DNA from: the human T2T-CHM13v2.0 reference genome, Homo sapiens
NCBI RefSeq assembly: GCF_009914755.1
Contig: NC_060925.1
Strand: one strand, 5' to 3'
Length of the DNA stretch: 64,000 bases
Below the pieces are notes generated by a model. The model saw only the letters and a program-made list of their open reading frames with translations, was not told the DNA's origin and searched no databases. Of this stretch, positions 31,445 to 47,650 are shown piece by piece; within the stretch, counting starts at the first letter, position 1, and each line of letters opens with the position of its first letter. The position numbers and the translations under genes are program-made.

Positions 31445-32405
31445 CTAAGAAGGCAGAAGGAGGGTGCAGGCTCAGAGAGGGAAGTTTGGCTCTGCAGTGC
31501 TAGTGAGAGGAGGCTCCCAGTCCCTATTCTCTTGGGCAGTGGGCCTTCTTGTCCTTACAGTTGTCAGGAGACTCTGGGACACCTAGGGGCTGAAAGGGCC
31601 AGGGGAAATCCAAAGAGGAGCTCTTAGAGGTTAAAGGTTTCCCAAAATTCAGTCACATGTAGCTCAAAACCTTGTTCAAACTGACATGACGCTTTGGGAC
31701 TTAGGGAGATTTTCACTTCTGAACTTGGTTTAGAACTATTGCCACAGGAGATGGGAACAAACAAATGAGGGAATGACAAGAGAGGAGCATGGTGACAGAA
31801 TGAAGGGGATGGTAGAGTTGAAAGGGCAGCAGGAATAACATTAAGAAGACTGGTTTCTGATCTCAGGCTTGATACCGCTTCACTGTGTGACCCTGGAGAA
31901 GTCACTTTGCTGCCCTGGTTGCCTCCTATTTCCTCACCTGGGAAAAGAGTAGTTGAGCTTCATGATCTCTGTGGTTCCCTTCACTATAAAGATTGATAGT
32001 TTTATGCTCTAGGATAGACTGATAAGAGATGGTAGGAATGAGTTTGAGGGAGTCAAAAAATAAGGGAGACAGAAATGGCAAAGGGTTTTCAGCAGGGAAG
32101 AAAATGATAATGTGAAAAAAAATGTGTGTGTGTGTGTGTGTTTAATTTGGCTGGTCCTGATTTGTAGCCTTTATAATAAAACCATAACTGTAAGTGTAGC
32201 ACTTTGCTGAGTTCTGTGAGTCATTTCAGTGAATTACTGAACCTGAGGGCATTAAGGAGATCCCCAGATTTGTAGGTAGTTGGTCAGAAGTGCCGGTGGT
32301 CTGGGGATCCCAGAGCTTGCAGCTAGTGTCTGAAGTTTGTAGAGGATTCAACCAATGAAATCCTGCACTAACTCCAGGTGGTTATAACATCAGAATTGCA
32401 CTGCA

Positions 32406-32830
<425 letters not shown>

Positions 32831-34097
32831 TCATCTCTGGAGCTTCTGAGGTTCTTGGCCTTTCCTGATCAATGTTTGTACAGTCTCCCCACTCCCCACC
32901 CCACTGCCTATTGTGGCTTTGTAAAAGTACAGTCTTCTATTTGTAACATCTAAAATACTCCAGACCTGTACATAAATGATGAGAAAGAATGATTCAAAGA
33001 TGTTTCTGATGTTTCTCACTTGGATGGAGTTTTCAGGGAAGGGTAAGTAGCTAAAGTTCAGATACGTTAATATTAGATGCCTATTTGACATCCAGTGGAA
33101 GTCGCCCATAGGTAGGGTATTTTGTTTGTTTTTTATGAATTCAGGACAAAAATCTGTCCTAGAATTCAGGACAAAAGACTGAAGCGAATTCTGGCTGTTA
33201 GGTCTGAGACTCGGGTGATGTAAGCAACTTGCAGGACCTTGAGAGTGAGTGTCTGCTTAAGTTTTGTGATACAGTCTTCTCACTTGCCTCATCTTACTCA
33301 TATGGAAGTTAAGCACGAATAAATGGTTCACTAAGAAGTGAGTAGAGAAGACTAGAAGGTCAAAGACAGATACCTGAAGTCACCAACATTTAAGACATGG
33401 AAAGGAAACTAAGCAAAGAGGACTGAAAATAGGTGATTTGAGAGGTAAAGGCAAAACTAGAAAAGAATAATACTTTTGAACTCAAGGAAAAAGGAGAAGG
33501 TAGTGTCCAAGAAAAGAGCATAAGCTATGGTCAACCATCTAGGATGAGGCCTGAGAAGAGGTCACCTGGTTTGGCAAATTAATGGTCCTTGGTGGCCTTG
33601 ACATAAACAGTCTCAGTAGACAGCAGGGGACTAGCGTAGAAGCTAGGTGTCAGCGGTGCAAGACTGAAGAGCAGGTGAGCACAGACATCAAGGTGCTTGC
33701 AATCAATATTTATTGGATGAATAAATAAATAAGGGGACATGAGAGCAGGTATAAATACATTTACAGATTACTTTTCCTAGAAGTTTATTGGTGAAGGTTA
33801 GGAGGGGAAAGCAGCACGGAAAGAAGCTTTACTTTTTCTTTTATCCTAGGGGATACTTATTAATGTTTGATGGATGAGGGAAAGGAGTCAGTGCCTAGGG
33901 AGAGGTGGATGGTGTGGGGAGTGTCATACTTAGAATTGCTGTCCCGGAGAATGGGAAGTAGGTCCCCTTTGTGTGCTGGTAAGGACCAGGAGCTGTGTTG
34001 AGGAGCCCACCCACCAGTAATGAAGCTGTCGGCATTGATATAAGACCCTACTGACCACTGGTAGAGGCAAAGGCATTTTTCCATGGTGGGTACTTAC

Positions 34098-34194
34098 TTT
34101 TGTGCTCACCAGAAGGATAATAATGCATGAAGGTCGTACACTTTGTGAAAAATTCATCAAAATTAAAATTGGGGGGTGGTTTTAAGAAGTTAAC
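34098..34194 (-). CDS. ADCY10: ADCY10 exon 7 (97 nt)
   Basis: VNFLKPPPNFNFDEFFTKCTTFMHYYPSGEHK; tag| acceptor and |gtaagt donor. Confidence 0.95.
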
Positions 34195-34726
34195 CTAAAT
34201 AAAAGCAAATGAGAAGTTTTCAGTTATTCTGAGAACTGTTTAATCCTTTGAAGTGTAATTTCTTAGCAGAAAGAGAGTATGCTTTTGACTGAACAGTGAT
34301 TGGCACACTTAAACACCAAGACTATTTGATTTGTAAAATTGAAATTTTAAATTGAAAATCTAAAAAATCTTTCCAATTACAGTGTTCACTCACATCTCAA
34401 TGTTTGGTATATGTACAGAGAGGGTCATTCCAAGGGGGACTAATCTTATACTTTTCTGCCCTTAGAACTTTTTCCTGCTTTTTTTCCTTCATAACATTTT
34501 AATTCAAATAAAACCTGGTTAAACTGCACACCATTTCTTCCTTATAAGTGTTAAAGGACGGGGGCTGATGGCCAAAAAGGAATTAGGAGCATCACCAGTC
34601 ATAAGACATCAAGATCATGAGACACATGTGATGACACACTGAGGATGGCACGATCTCATTTTTGTGGTATTCTTGGTTAAAAAAAAAAAAAAGCATAAAC
34701 TTGGTCCAATAAAGAGAAAACATCAG

Positions 34727-36079
<1,353 letters not shown>

Positions 36080-36887
36080 GAATGATTGAAGAGCATGGGA
36101 ATGGGCTATTGCTATAAGCCAGCTAGGCCATGCAGGCTGGATATGTCTTGCTGGAAGAGTGAGGAGTGGGTGGTGGTGGTGAGGGTTGTAGGCTGATGCA
36201 TGAGTGTGGGAGTGCCTCCTATCTTGACCAGCATCTGCACGGATTCTCTGTCTTTTCTTTCTTTCTGCCGCGTAGTCCCATTCCTTTGGCTCATCTAGCA
36301 GCACACCTTTCTTCCACTTTCATACCCTCAAAGCACAGCTTTTTTAATTGTCCATATCCCAGGGACAGTTCTGCTTATAGTCAATCTGCAACTTAACCAC
36401 AATGTTTTCTACTAGGCAGAGCCACAGGAAGAGAAGTCTCTCTTCTATCACTGAACTTCGCCGCACTTGCTCAACTCCAACCTTTACCTTCAGTGATCCC
36501 TCATCCTGGGTTAGGAGGGTGTTGGGTAAAGAAAGTGAGGGTCAATGACAGCCTTTAAAACTATTCCCCTCTGCTCCTGGATGAACCGGCAGACCCTTCT
36601 GGTTCCTTAAGCAAGGTCGCTAGCCCCTCAAAAGGCCTCAATCCCCAAATTCCATATCCTCAGTTACCCATAAAGAAGCCTAATCATTTCCTCCTCAAGC
36701 TCACCAGCCTGGGCTCCTCCCAGAGGAGCTGCCCTGGACTAAAGCCTCTGTAGCCTAACCCAGACTGACCCCATCCCAATCTCCAGCCCAGGAGCTTTAT
36801 GAAACCAGCGTGCCCAGTGACTCTTCTGGCAGGGGGCCTCTGTTACAGGCTGGCAGAACTTTCTGTAAGTAGCAGCATCACACCCAC

Positions 36888-37093
36888 CTTAACTGCTCTC
36901 TGATCTGGAACACTCTCAATTTCAATCATGCTCCGGTCACAGAGCTGCCAGCAGTTTGGTGACAGAATAACATCATTCATCTGAGCCATGTTCTGGGCAA
37001 GGCGCACATCGTCCACTGCCTGACCAATCACCAGAAAGTGGCTGTGTGTTTCATCTCCAAAGACCAACATGCTGATGTGGCCAGCAGCCAGTC
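36888..37093 (-). CDS. ADCY10: ADCY10 exon 6 (206 nt)
   Basis: LAAGHISMLVFGDETHSHFLVIGQAVDDVRLAQNMA...DQRAVK including R176; cag| acceptor and |gtgggt donor. Confidence 0.97.
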
Positions 37094-38004
37094 CTGGCAA
37101 GAAGGCAAGGAATAGGTTTGCACAAGAAGTTCTGGATTATTTCCCAGCAGCACAGGTTTTTGGAAAAACCATAATCTTGGTGGGACTATACTATCTCAGA
37201 GCAAAATCTCACTTCTAAAACTTTACATAGGAATTATGGCATACCTCTTTTGGGCTCGGGCCTTCCAAAGCTCCCCTTCTTCCAAAGCTAGAAAGTTCTA
37301 CCACTAAATTTTGCCTGTCTGTAACATTATCTCACTACATGGTCCTACCAGTCCCCAAAGTTATTTTTACCTTTTCTTCAATTATGTATACTTAAGGGCA
37401 ACAGGGAATACCTTTAATAATTCTTATTTTGGGAGAATTTGCATTTTAGCAGAGATTGAAGCTGTAACTAAAAATAATCCCTTAGGGTTGAATTTTAGAC
37501 AACAAAGGGTGGGGGAAAGGAAGTATGCATTTGACAGTTACACATCCCATCCCAACAACCATTTCTCTCATTGCTTTTAAGTTGGTAAATGAAAGTTTTG
37601 GAACCTAAGTGACAGAAGAAGATATTGTATAATATGACATGTACACAAAATATATGTATAAATGAACTGTAAGTGACACACATTTCTTTCAAATGACTGT
37701 AATACAATCAATGTTTATTTTTTATCTTCGCTCTCTGCTATACTGATTTGTCAGGGCTGACTCCCCCCTGATTCTACATACAGTTTGTTTTCTATCTGAA
37801 ACACACTGATGTTTGGACTTACTCTAAAAAAAGGTGCTGGGACCCACCTCACTAACAGCCAATCAGCATGCAAGAGGGGGCTGGGTTCCCATCATTCTCA
37901 AGAAGGATAACACATCAGACTCCTTGGGTACTAACTTAGAAAAAATATTCAGTATTATAATAACTTTGATTTTTTTTTCAACAAAATATTTAACTTATTT
38001 GGGC

Positions 38005-38296
<292 letters not shown>

Positions 38297-39126
38297 TTAT
38301 TTGGAAATTTTTAACAACATCAAAAGCGGGCCTAGGTTAAAGAAGGCTGAGAAACAGTTAATTGTATAACTGCTGATGATCCTATCAGGTATGACATGTG
38401 AGAATTCTAAGTTTTGCAAAGTTTAGTTAGGCGGAAGCTAACACCAACAGCACCAACCATAACTCTGTTACTCATTACTTATACCTCTCAGAATCTCATT
38501 TTTCATCTATGAAATGGATACAATGATGCCTGTATCTCAGGACTGTCATATAGTGTGCGTAATGTTTGCACGTGCATAGTGTGTAATGTCTGCAATGTAA
38601 TAAGGAAATATGTGTGACTATTACTATATTATATGTATAACTTTAAGAAGCCTTGTGTAAAGCTGGAGCTGTGTTGCAGGCTGACCTGTTAAGCTTTTCC
38701 TACACCTCATTCTTATGAGGTAGGGGGTGACCAGTCTCATGTCGTTGCTGAAACTATGTAATGGCAAGCTAGTCTCTATTTTGTTTTATACTGCACAACC
38801 TTGACAAGCAGCAAGATGGAATAATAATAACAGCAGTAGCAGTCATAAAGACTATTTTATTGGGTGGTTCCTATGCATTAACTACCATACCAACTAATTT
38901 ACTTTTTGTAATAGCTTATTAGGTAGATATTATGATTAACCCAAATTCTCTCAACTGGTATGTGAGGAAGCCAAAATTCACATTCTGATTGTCCTGATGC
39001 CAAAGTTCAGGGCATCATGGGGCTGAGCCACCATGTTCTACTACTTCTCTTTGGGAGAGAGAGATGCCCCAGGAGTCAAGACCCTATCCCAGCTGCCGTA
39101 GGATTTATTCCTTCTCAAATGCTTAC

Positions 39127-39270
39127 CTATCTTGACTCGGATGTCTAGGCCTTCTTCCCACTCCTGGGTCTCAAACAATCCATGGATCTCCAGGCTACAT
39201 TTAATTACCACTGTGATAATGTTTTTCAGCTGCTTTCGCTCCACCCTCCACAGGGCTAGCAGTGCATCAC
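39127..39270 (-). CDS. ADCY10: ADCY10 exon 5 (144 nt)
   Basis: GDALLALWRVERKQLKNIITVVIKCSLEIHGLFETQEWEEGLDIRVKI including metal ligand D99; aag| acceptor and |gtaagc donor. Confidence 0.97.
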
Positions 39271-39480
39271 CTTCAGAGAGAGACATGCCGCGGGCTTTTG
39301 ACCTGCCCTGGGGATCAATCTATTTTGTATGAGATCTGTATAGAAACTTACTCATCAAGCATTCCTCAGCCTATCTCCTGGCCACTCCCTTCTCTAGGAT
39401 GCCTCCTTTGTCCCCAACACAGAAGCACAGGCACCTCAGCACTCCTTTCTTACCCCTTCTATCTTAGTAAGCCCCCATAC

Positions 39481-39519
39481 CTGCAAATTTCAGGATGTCT
39501 CCTCCAAAAATCAACACTT
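39481..39519 (-). CDS. ADCY10: ADCY10 exon 4 (39 nt)
   Basis: Poly-T tract then ctcag|AA GTG...GCA G|gtatgg; encodes VLIFGGDILKFA including K95. Confidence 0.96.
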
Positions 39520-40437
39520 CTGAGAAAAAAAAAAAAAATTAAATCAAACCCTGATTCCTTAAAGGTAGTAAAAAAACATCATTCTTTCTTAGTGGAATAG
39601 AAACTAGGTCAAAAGAACAGTGATTCAGAGAATAGGCTTATACTAAAGATCTCATCCCAGACAAGCCACTTAACCCATTTGAGTCTGTTTCCTCAAGTGG
39701 AGAATGAGTACGTGGAACCAGTTTACATCTATGCTCCATTTCTGTGAATGGGGAAAGACAGGAGAAAGGCAGCTAGGGTTTCTGATGAGGTCTGAAGACA
39801 GCTGCCCTCCTCCCACGATAATGGAATGCTTTTAATTAATTTATTGATCAATATATGTTATAGGCTGGGGCTTGTGTAAGCATGGGTGGGTGGATGAATG
39901 ACAGGACTCCACAAAAACTAGGAGTCAGGGAATGGGAAAATCACAACCATAGTCACTTGCATTTTTGGTTATTACCAACTTTGTATTTTGTTTATTTAGA
40001 CGGTATGGCATAAATGGCCATTCTCTCTTTTAGTTACGCATCATCATGGATTGGTTAAGCACCTGTTGTGCCAAGTCAGATGCAGAAAGGAATCAACCAT
40101 AGTTCCTGCTTTTATGAAGCATTAAATTTTGTCTAGTGGGTAACATCAAGATATTACTAAGGAACTCAGAGTCTGATAAAACACTAGGCCAGGAGTTCAC
40201 CATAACAGAGTAAACCGTTGTCTTCATGAATAGTTTGAATTAACAATGCAAACAAGATGGCAGGCAGAGGTTGACAAGGGGACTAAAGTTTTCAGTTCAC
40301 TCTAAGTGCTTCAGCATCCATCATTAGGAGACAAATTATTGAGAAGCTAATTATAAATCATTTATCTACTCATACAACAATCTCTTAATGACTATCTTTG
40401 GGTTTTATAGATGCTGGCTTTTAAAAATACTTGGATA

Positions 40438-41097
<660 letters not shown>

Positions 41098-41351
41098 TTA
41101 AAAGCAGTGTATAATTCAGCCCTCTAACACAAAACATCCCTTCCCTCAAATAGTCTGTATTAGTGAGGTTTGATTATATTTATTTCTTCAGTTATACTAT
41201 ATCATATTTCAAAAAAGACTGGTTTTATACACATTTCATGGGGAAGAGGAGGAGTGCTAAGCAATTGTACTCTATCAGGTTATAATTGACAACTACGGAA
41301 AAAACAATGAATTGAAATATTCTCAAGCCAGAAACCTATGGGAACACTTAC

Positions 41352-41456
41352 TCTCCACTATTGCACTTATGTGGTAGTTGAGGATCTCCACCAACTGCTC
41401 AGCCCCTCTGTCCATGTACATGGCACTGCTGAACTTCTCAGTCATTGCAGTAAAAC
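41352..41456 (-). CDS. ADCY10: ADCY10 exon 3 (105 nt)
   Basis: FTAMTEKFSSAMYMDRGAEQLVEILNYHISAIVE; cag| acceptor and |gtaagt donor. Confidence 0.97.
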
Positions 41457-41465
41457 CTGGAATAA

Positions 41466-41852
<387 letters not shown>

Positions 41853-42457
41853 CTCAGCTTTTAAAAACAGGCAGAGTTTCTTCTTAAGGATCTTTGTGGC
41901 TGGTCAAGTGTCAGACATGCAGCCTCCTCTAGCTATTATTTTAGGGGTCAGGAAAAGGCTCCAGATATTTCTTTCTTCCAAATTCTCAACTGTACAGTGA
42001 TAACTGCAACTTCTTTAACTGGGAATAAAATTTTCATTCCGTGGTAACAAAAACACACACATTTCAAACACTTCTGAAGAGGTGGCAAGTTTATTAGTAA
42101 GATGTAAACATCATCTAGGGAGATCATTTCCTGAGGTCAATTTTGACTGGGATGTGTATGGGGCTTGGGGCTGGAGAGGATGAGTCAGTGAAGTTGGGGC
42201 AGAGATACTGGAGCAAAGAATGGGACTTGAGCATGTTAAAGATATGCCTATGACTGGCAGTCCTGAGTAAGGGAGGATGAGAGAGAGCCAGGGCCACAAG
42301 CTATTTCCTCCCTCTTGTGTTCTCAGTGGAGCACATCTGCTGTGACAGCCCAAGGGCTCCAGAATGGCCTCCCTACTCTGCAATCAAGCTCTGCATGTGA
42401 ATTCCCACGCGAGCCTGTTGCTCATCCACATTAAACAAACATCCCTTTTGCACTTGC

Positions 42458-42605
42458 CTGAAATATCAACAAACATCAGGACTCCGTCAAAATAATCCAT
42501 AAAGGGTCGCTCTGGGGAGAAATGTCCATAGACAATGAGGTCTGGTAAATGAGCTGCTATTCTGACTATGGGCCAGTCCTGGAATTCTTCTTTTGGAGTG
42601 TTCAT
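42458..42605 (-). CDS. ADCY10: ADCY10 exon 2 coding part (148 nt; exon begins at 42663)
   Basis: MNTPKEEFQDWPIVRIAAHLPDLIVYGHFSPERPFMDYFDGVLMFVDIS is the recognised sAC N-terminus with D47; donor is CAG|GCAAGT. Confidence 0.97.
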
Positions 42606-43203
42606 GTTCAAGACAAATGTTCAGGATTTTATGGTGACAGGAAGCAGTCTCCAAATAGGTCTTCTAAAAAGAAAATTGAAATAGAGGAAATCTGATATAT
42701 TCATTTGCTCATTTTCCTATTGCTCTTTCTCCATTTGTTTTGTTCTAACCTGCGGCCTGCTTATAGTGGTGAAAATGCCAGAGTTGTTGAGCCACACTTC
42801 AAAAGGGCCAATTTCTATACAGAGGAAGAACCCTCCCACCCTGAACAGCTGTTGCATAAGTGAGCTCCATTACAAAGAGGCTGGGGTGAAAGAGGGTAGC
42901 TGAACGGCTCAACTCATTTGCAGGAAGGGGTAGGCCCTCGCAGGGCAAGTCCAGTTGTAGTGGGCTGTTAAGCTCTATTCACTCAGGCCAGACTTCTTTT
43001 TCTTCTGTCCTCATGTTTCCTTTTACCCTCTCTCTACCTTGGTCTTTTACTTTTTTCTCTCTTTAAAAAAAAAAAAAGTGTAGATGTGATTCGTGTGTGT
43101 GAGTGTATTTATATGTAAGTGAGTATTAGAGTTTTGTATATAGGCAAGAGATTAAGACTATAAAGGTATAATGTTAAATAAATGGAAGAAAAGAGTTCAG
43201 AAA

Positions 43204-43227
43204 TGTGTGTGTGTGTGTGTGTGTGTG
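43204..43227. repeat. (TG)n microsatellite
   Basis: About 12 TG units. Confidence 0.9.
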
Positions 43228-43971
43228 GCAGCTGGAAAGATGGAAGACCTTAAGCTGTAAATGGAAGGAAATGCTGAAATTTCAATTTGTTGCCCAGTTA
43301 GTTCTGAGAAAACTAGGATTTCCTAAGGCCTTCCTGTAGCTGCTGGGGCAGATTAAATGCTCATGCCTAAATGTTGTAAAAATCATGCTCTACCAGCCTG
43401 AACAGTAAAAGCAAACACCCTTTACTTTTTCAGAGCAATCCAAGTTACTGGAATAGGTTATACAGAAAATATAAGAGGATTTGTTTTTTTAAGAAAAGGA
43501 ACTGTTATTTTTGGTTTAATTCTGACCAGCAGAGAGGAACTTGTTAGTAGGTCATATTGGGATATATTAGAGTATTAGAGGAAAAAATTGAGACAGTCGC
43601 TTATATCCCTTAGATTTAAGGGGAAGTATTTAAAAAATAACTCAGGGAAAAATATTTGTACATTTAACAGACAAACTTTAAAATGTATATAGTATACATT
43701 TAAAAATGTATTTAGTATTCTAAAAAATGAGTGCTAAATGTTACATATTGGATAACCTTTAAAAGGAAAAGTCCTGGCAAACTCAAATGTTAAGAAGTGA
43801 ACAAAAGAAAGAAACATATAACTAAGGTTTAAAAAAAAAAAGGGTAGCATTAAAAATGCAGCAAAAGACCACAGCATGTGCCAGGAACAGTCAATAGATA
43901 AAATTAAATCAAATAAATAACTTCAGATAGTAAATTTGGTGCTATATGAACTTTTAAGAAGGGTGTGAGAT

Positions 43972-44277
43972 GCTAGATGCAGTGGTTTGTGCCTATAATC
44001 CCAGCACTTTGGGAGGCCTACACAGGAGTATTGCTTGAGCCCGAGTTCGAGACCAGCTTGGGCAACATAGTGAAATCCCATCTCTACAAAAAAAAAAAAA
44101 AAAAATTGCTGGGTGTGGTGGCATGCACCTGTAGTCCCAGCTATTCAGGAGGCTGAGGTGGGAGGATGGCTTGAGCCCAGGAGGTCAAGGCTGCAAGGAG
44201 CTGAGATCGTGTCACTGCACTCTATCCTAGGTGACAGAGTGAGACTCCATCTCTAAAATAATAATAATGATAATAAA
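43972..44277 (+). mobile_element. AluJ
   Basis: Diverged Alu with J-type gaggtcaaggctgca. Confidence 0.85.
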
Positions 44278-45439
44278 AAGAAAGGTACAAGAAAATTGAA
44301 TGTCGAGAATGAAAGACTTACAAAAAATGCTAAAGTTAAGAAAACCTAGAGGGATTTTTAAAGGCTTTGTTGAAAACAAGGTAATTAATAAAAGAGGAAT
44401 AAGGATGAAGCTTAAGTATGGTGTACCATACACCTTTTCTTTTGTTTCTACCTTCTCCACCATGGAGGATTGAAAAGTATAACAAGCATTGCTAAGAAAG
44501 AATTGAAATCCAAGATAAGTAGTGCTAAAGCACACAGTCATTTTAAATAAATTCTAGCTAGTCCCAGACAACATATATCTACAGATACTGAAAGAACTGA
44601 CAGGTGTAATGTCAGTAATCTCAAAAAACCATGGAGAACAAGAGATGGGCTGGAATACCATAGATGGGCACATTCTCTTTTGAATTTCAAAAGATGAGGC
44701 TACTCATGGATCCCAGAAAACACAGACCAGTAAACATAATGTATTTGTTGAGATAATACAGGTTATGTTTCATTATCAAATAACTTTGAAATCTCAATGG
44801 CTTGAAATAACAAAGGCTTATTTCTTGTTCATTTCTTGCTCACACTACATGTCCCTTGTGGGTTGTATGGGGTTCTCCTCTGTTTTTGCCTTCACTTTGG
44901 GACCCAAACTGGAATATTCTGGTTGTCAAGGTAGTGGGAAAGAGGATGTAGTGGAGTATACTCATTCTACTCCCAGAAGTGACGTATTTCACTTTTACTC
45001 ATGGCATTGACCAAAGCAAATTACATGACCATGCCTAGTTTCAAGTAGACAGGGAAGTGCACTCCTACCATGTGCACAATAGGAAAGAGAGTTGGAATAT
45101 TTGGGAGCAGCCTCAATGGTTATTTAGATTAGCAAGAGGTGATTAAAAGGAGTCAAATGGATTCAGAGCCAAGAGCAAGCCAACATTATTTCCTATTTTG
45201 GAAGAGTTATTAAACTTTTAAATCAAGAGACTGCTATAGACAATGTATATATTGACTTTAAGGCATTTGGCCAAATTTCTCATATCCTTGTGAGTAAAAT
45301 ATACAAAATTATAGGAATAAAGAAAATATAATTGGCTGGTTAGCAATCACACCTAATGGAAATTGATTAGTATTCTGGTGTCAACTCAGAGGTAAGCCTC
45401 CATGGGCACGATAGAAGACTTTGATAAAGATATAATTGA

Positions 45440-46172
45440 AAGTACGGCCATTATGGAAAATAATATGCAGGTTCCTAAAAAATTAAAAATAGAACTACCA
45501 TATGATCTAACAATCCCACATCTGGGTATATACCCAAAGGAATTGAAATCAGTATCCCTGCACTCCCATGTTTATTTCAGCACTATTCACAATAGCCAAG
45601 ATATGGAACCAACCTAATTGTTCATCAACATATGAATGGATAAAGAAAACATTGGATAATGTATACAATGGAGTACTATTCAGCCGTAAAACAGAAGGAA
45701 ATTCTTTCTTGTATGATAGTGTGGATGAACCTGGAGGGCCTTATGTTAAGTGAAATAAGCCGGCCACAGAAAGACAAAAATATTGAACGATCTCACTTAT
45801 ATATGGAATCTAAAAAAGTCAAAATCATAGAAGCAGAGTAGAATGGTGATGCCTGAGGCTGGGGTTGGGTGGGTGGAATGAGATGTTGGTGGCTGAAGGA
45901 TACAAAGTTTCAATTAGACCCAATGAAAAAGTCCTGGAGATCTAACCTAGAGCAAGGTGAATACAGTTAATAAAGTATTATATACTTCAAAATGGCTAAG
46001 AGAGTAGATCTTAACTGTTCTCACCACACAAAAATGTTAAGTATGTGAGATGATACGTTAATTACCTTGATTTAATTATTTCATAATGTATACATATATT
46101 AAAACATCACATTGTACACCATAAATATGTACACTTTTTGTCATTTTTGCCTTAATAAAGCTGAGGGAAAAT
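45440..46172 (+). mobile_element. L1MA 3' end
   Basis: KKLKIELPYD...GIYPKELKS and typical 3' UTR ending aataaagctg. Confidence 0.85.
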
Positions 46173-46910
46173 AAAATTTGAAAATATAGTGAGAGAACTA
46201 ATGCACTGATGACAGAGCTAGGATTTTAATACATCTTAATCAACCAAAATAATGAAATTTCAAAAGAATAAGTGCAAAGTGCTGTGTTTAGAGTTTTTAA
46301 CAAAATCAAATGCATAAGCACGAGGTGCTAAAAAACTAGATTTACTGCAAATTAGTGCTATCTTTTAAAAAACTTTTATTGAAGCATAACATACATGTAG
46401 GAAAATGTACAAATCATAAGTGTATAGCTTGAATTACTCTAAGGTGAGCAAATCCGTGTAATACCCATTCATAGCAAGAAGGAAAACATTACCAGCTTTC
46501 CAGAAGTTTTTCTCATGCCACCTTCAAGTCACTACCCTTCTCTTTTCCCTGAAGGTAACCTTTCTTATTTCTAACAACATAGATCACCTTTGCCAGTTTT
46601 CAAACTTTATATAAATGAAATCATACTACATATTTTGTGTTTGTGATATTCATCCATGTTGTTGTATATCAATAATTGTTCATTTTCAATGCTATATAGT
46701 ATTCCATCACCTGATGGAATATACCACAAAACATTTATCCACTATACTATTGACCTGTGGGTTGTTCCCACTTTTAGACCATTATGAATAATGGTGCTAA
46801 GAACATTCTTATTCATGTGTTTTGGTGAAAAGATGTATGCATTTCTCCTGGGTATATACACAGGAGTGGAATTGCTGGGTCATAGGGTATACACATGTTA
46901 AACTTTAGTA

Positions 46911-47138
46911 CAGGCTTGTCCAAGCTATGTCCTGTGGGCCACATGCGGTCCAGGATGGCTTTGAATGCAGCCCAACACAAATTTGTAAACTTTCTTAAAA
47001 CATTATGAGATTTTTTTGTGATTTTTTTTTCTTAGCTCATCAGCTATCATTATTGTTAGTATTATTTTATGTGTGGCCCAAGATGATTCTTCCTCTTCCA
47101 ATTGTGCCCCAGGGAAGCCGAAAGATTGGATACCCCTG
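46911..47138 (-). mobile_element. MER30-like hAT DNA transposon
   Basis: Terminal inverted repeats caggcttgtccaa / ttggatacccctg and 8-bp TSD ctttagta/cttgagta. Confidence 0.85.
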
Positions 47139-47291
47139 CTTGAGTAGATCTTGCTAAACAGCTTTCCAAAGTGATGGTACCAACTTACACTCCCTCAGGC
47201 AAGGTATGACAGTTCAGTTGCTACATATCTCAGCCAACACTTATTTTGTCAGGCTTTTCAACTTTTAGTCATCTTGCTAGGTAAGTGGTGG

Positions 47292-47650
47292 TGAGGAGAC
47301 AGGCCATTTCTCTTACTGTCTCTTGTCTCTGAAGAGAAAGAGGAAGTAAAAGCTGAAAAACACAGGAATGAAGTCAGTGGCAAGACCAGCCGGCGCCACT
47401 GATGACCAGGTCTGAGGTTAAAAGATTAACCCCCATTCTAACCACATGTGCTATCTACAGATCTCAATCTATTATGACCCTTTCACGTGGAACCCCTCAC
47501 AGCTCTAAGCCCTTAAAAGGGCCAGGAACTGTTTCTTTGGGGACCTCAGTTCTTGAGATGCAAGTCTGCCAATGCTCCCAGCCGAATAAAGCCTCTTCCT
47601 TCTTTAACCCGGGTGTCTAAGGGGTTTTGTCTGTGGCTCGTCCTGCTACA
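47292..47650 (+). mobile_element. ERV1 solo LTR whose 3' end is related to the LTR2 copies in this window
   Basis: TG...CA ends, AATAAA near 47585, ends ggggttttgtctgtggctcgtcctgctaca, TSD gtgg/atgg. Confidence 0.8.

Noticed and set aside
33138-33176. Direct repeat gaattcaggacaaaa twice, as a CRISPR-like or regulatory array
   Set aside because: Only two copies in eukaryotic intron DNA; simple local duplication
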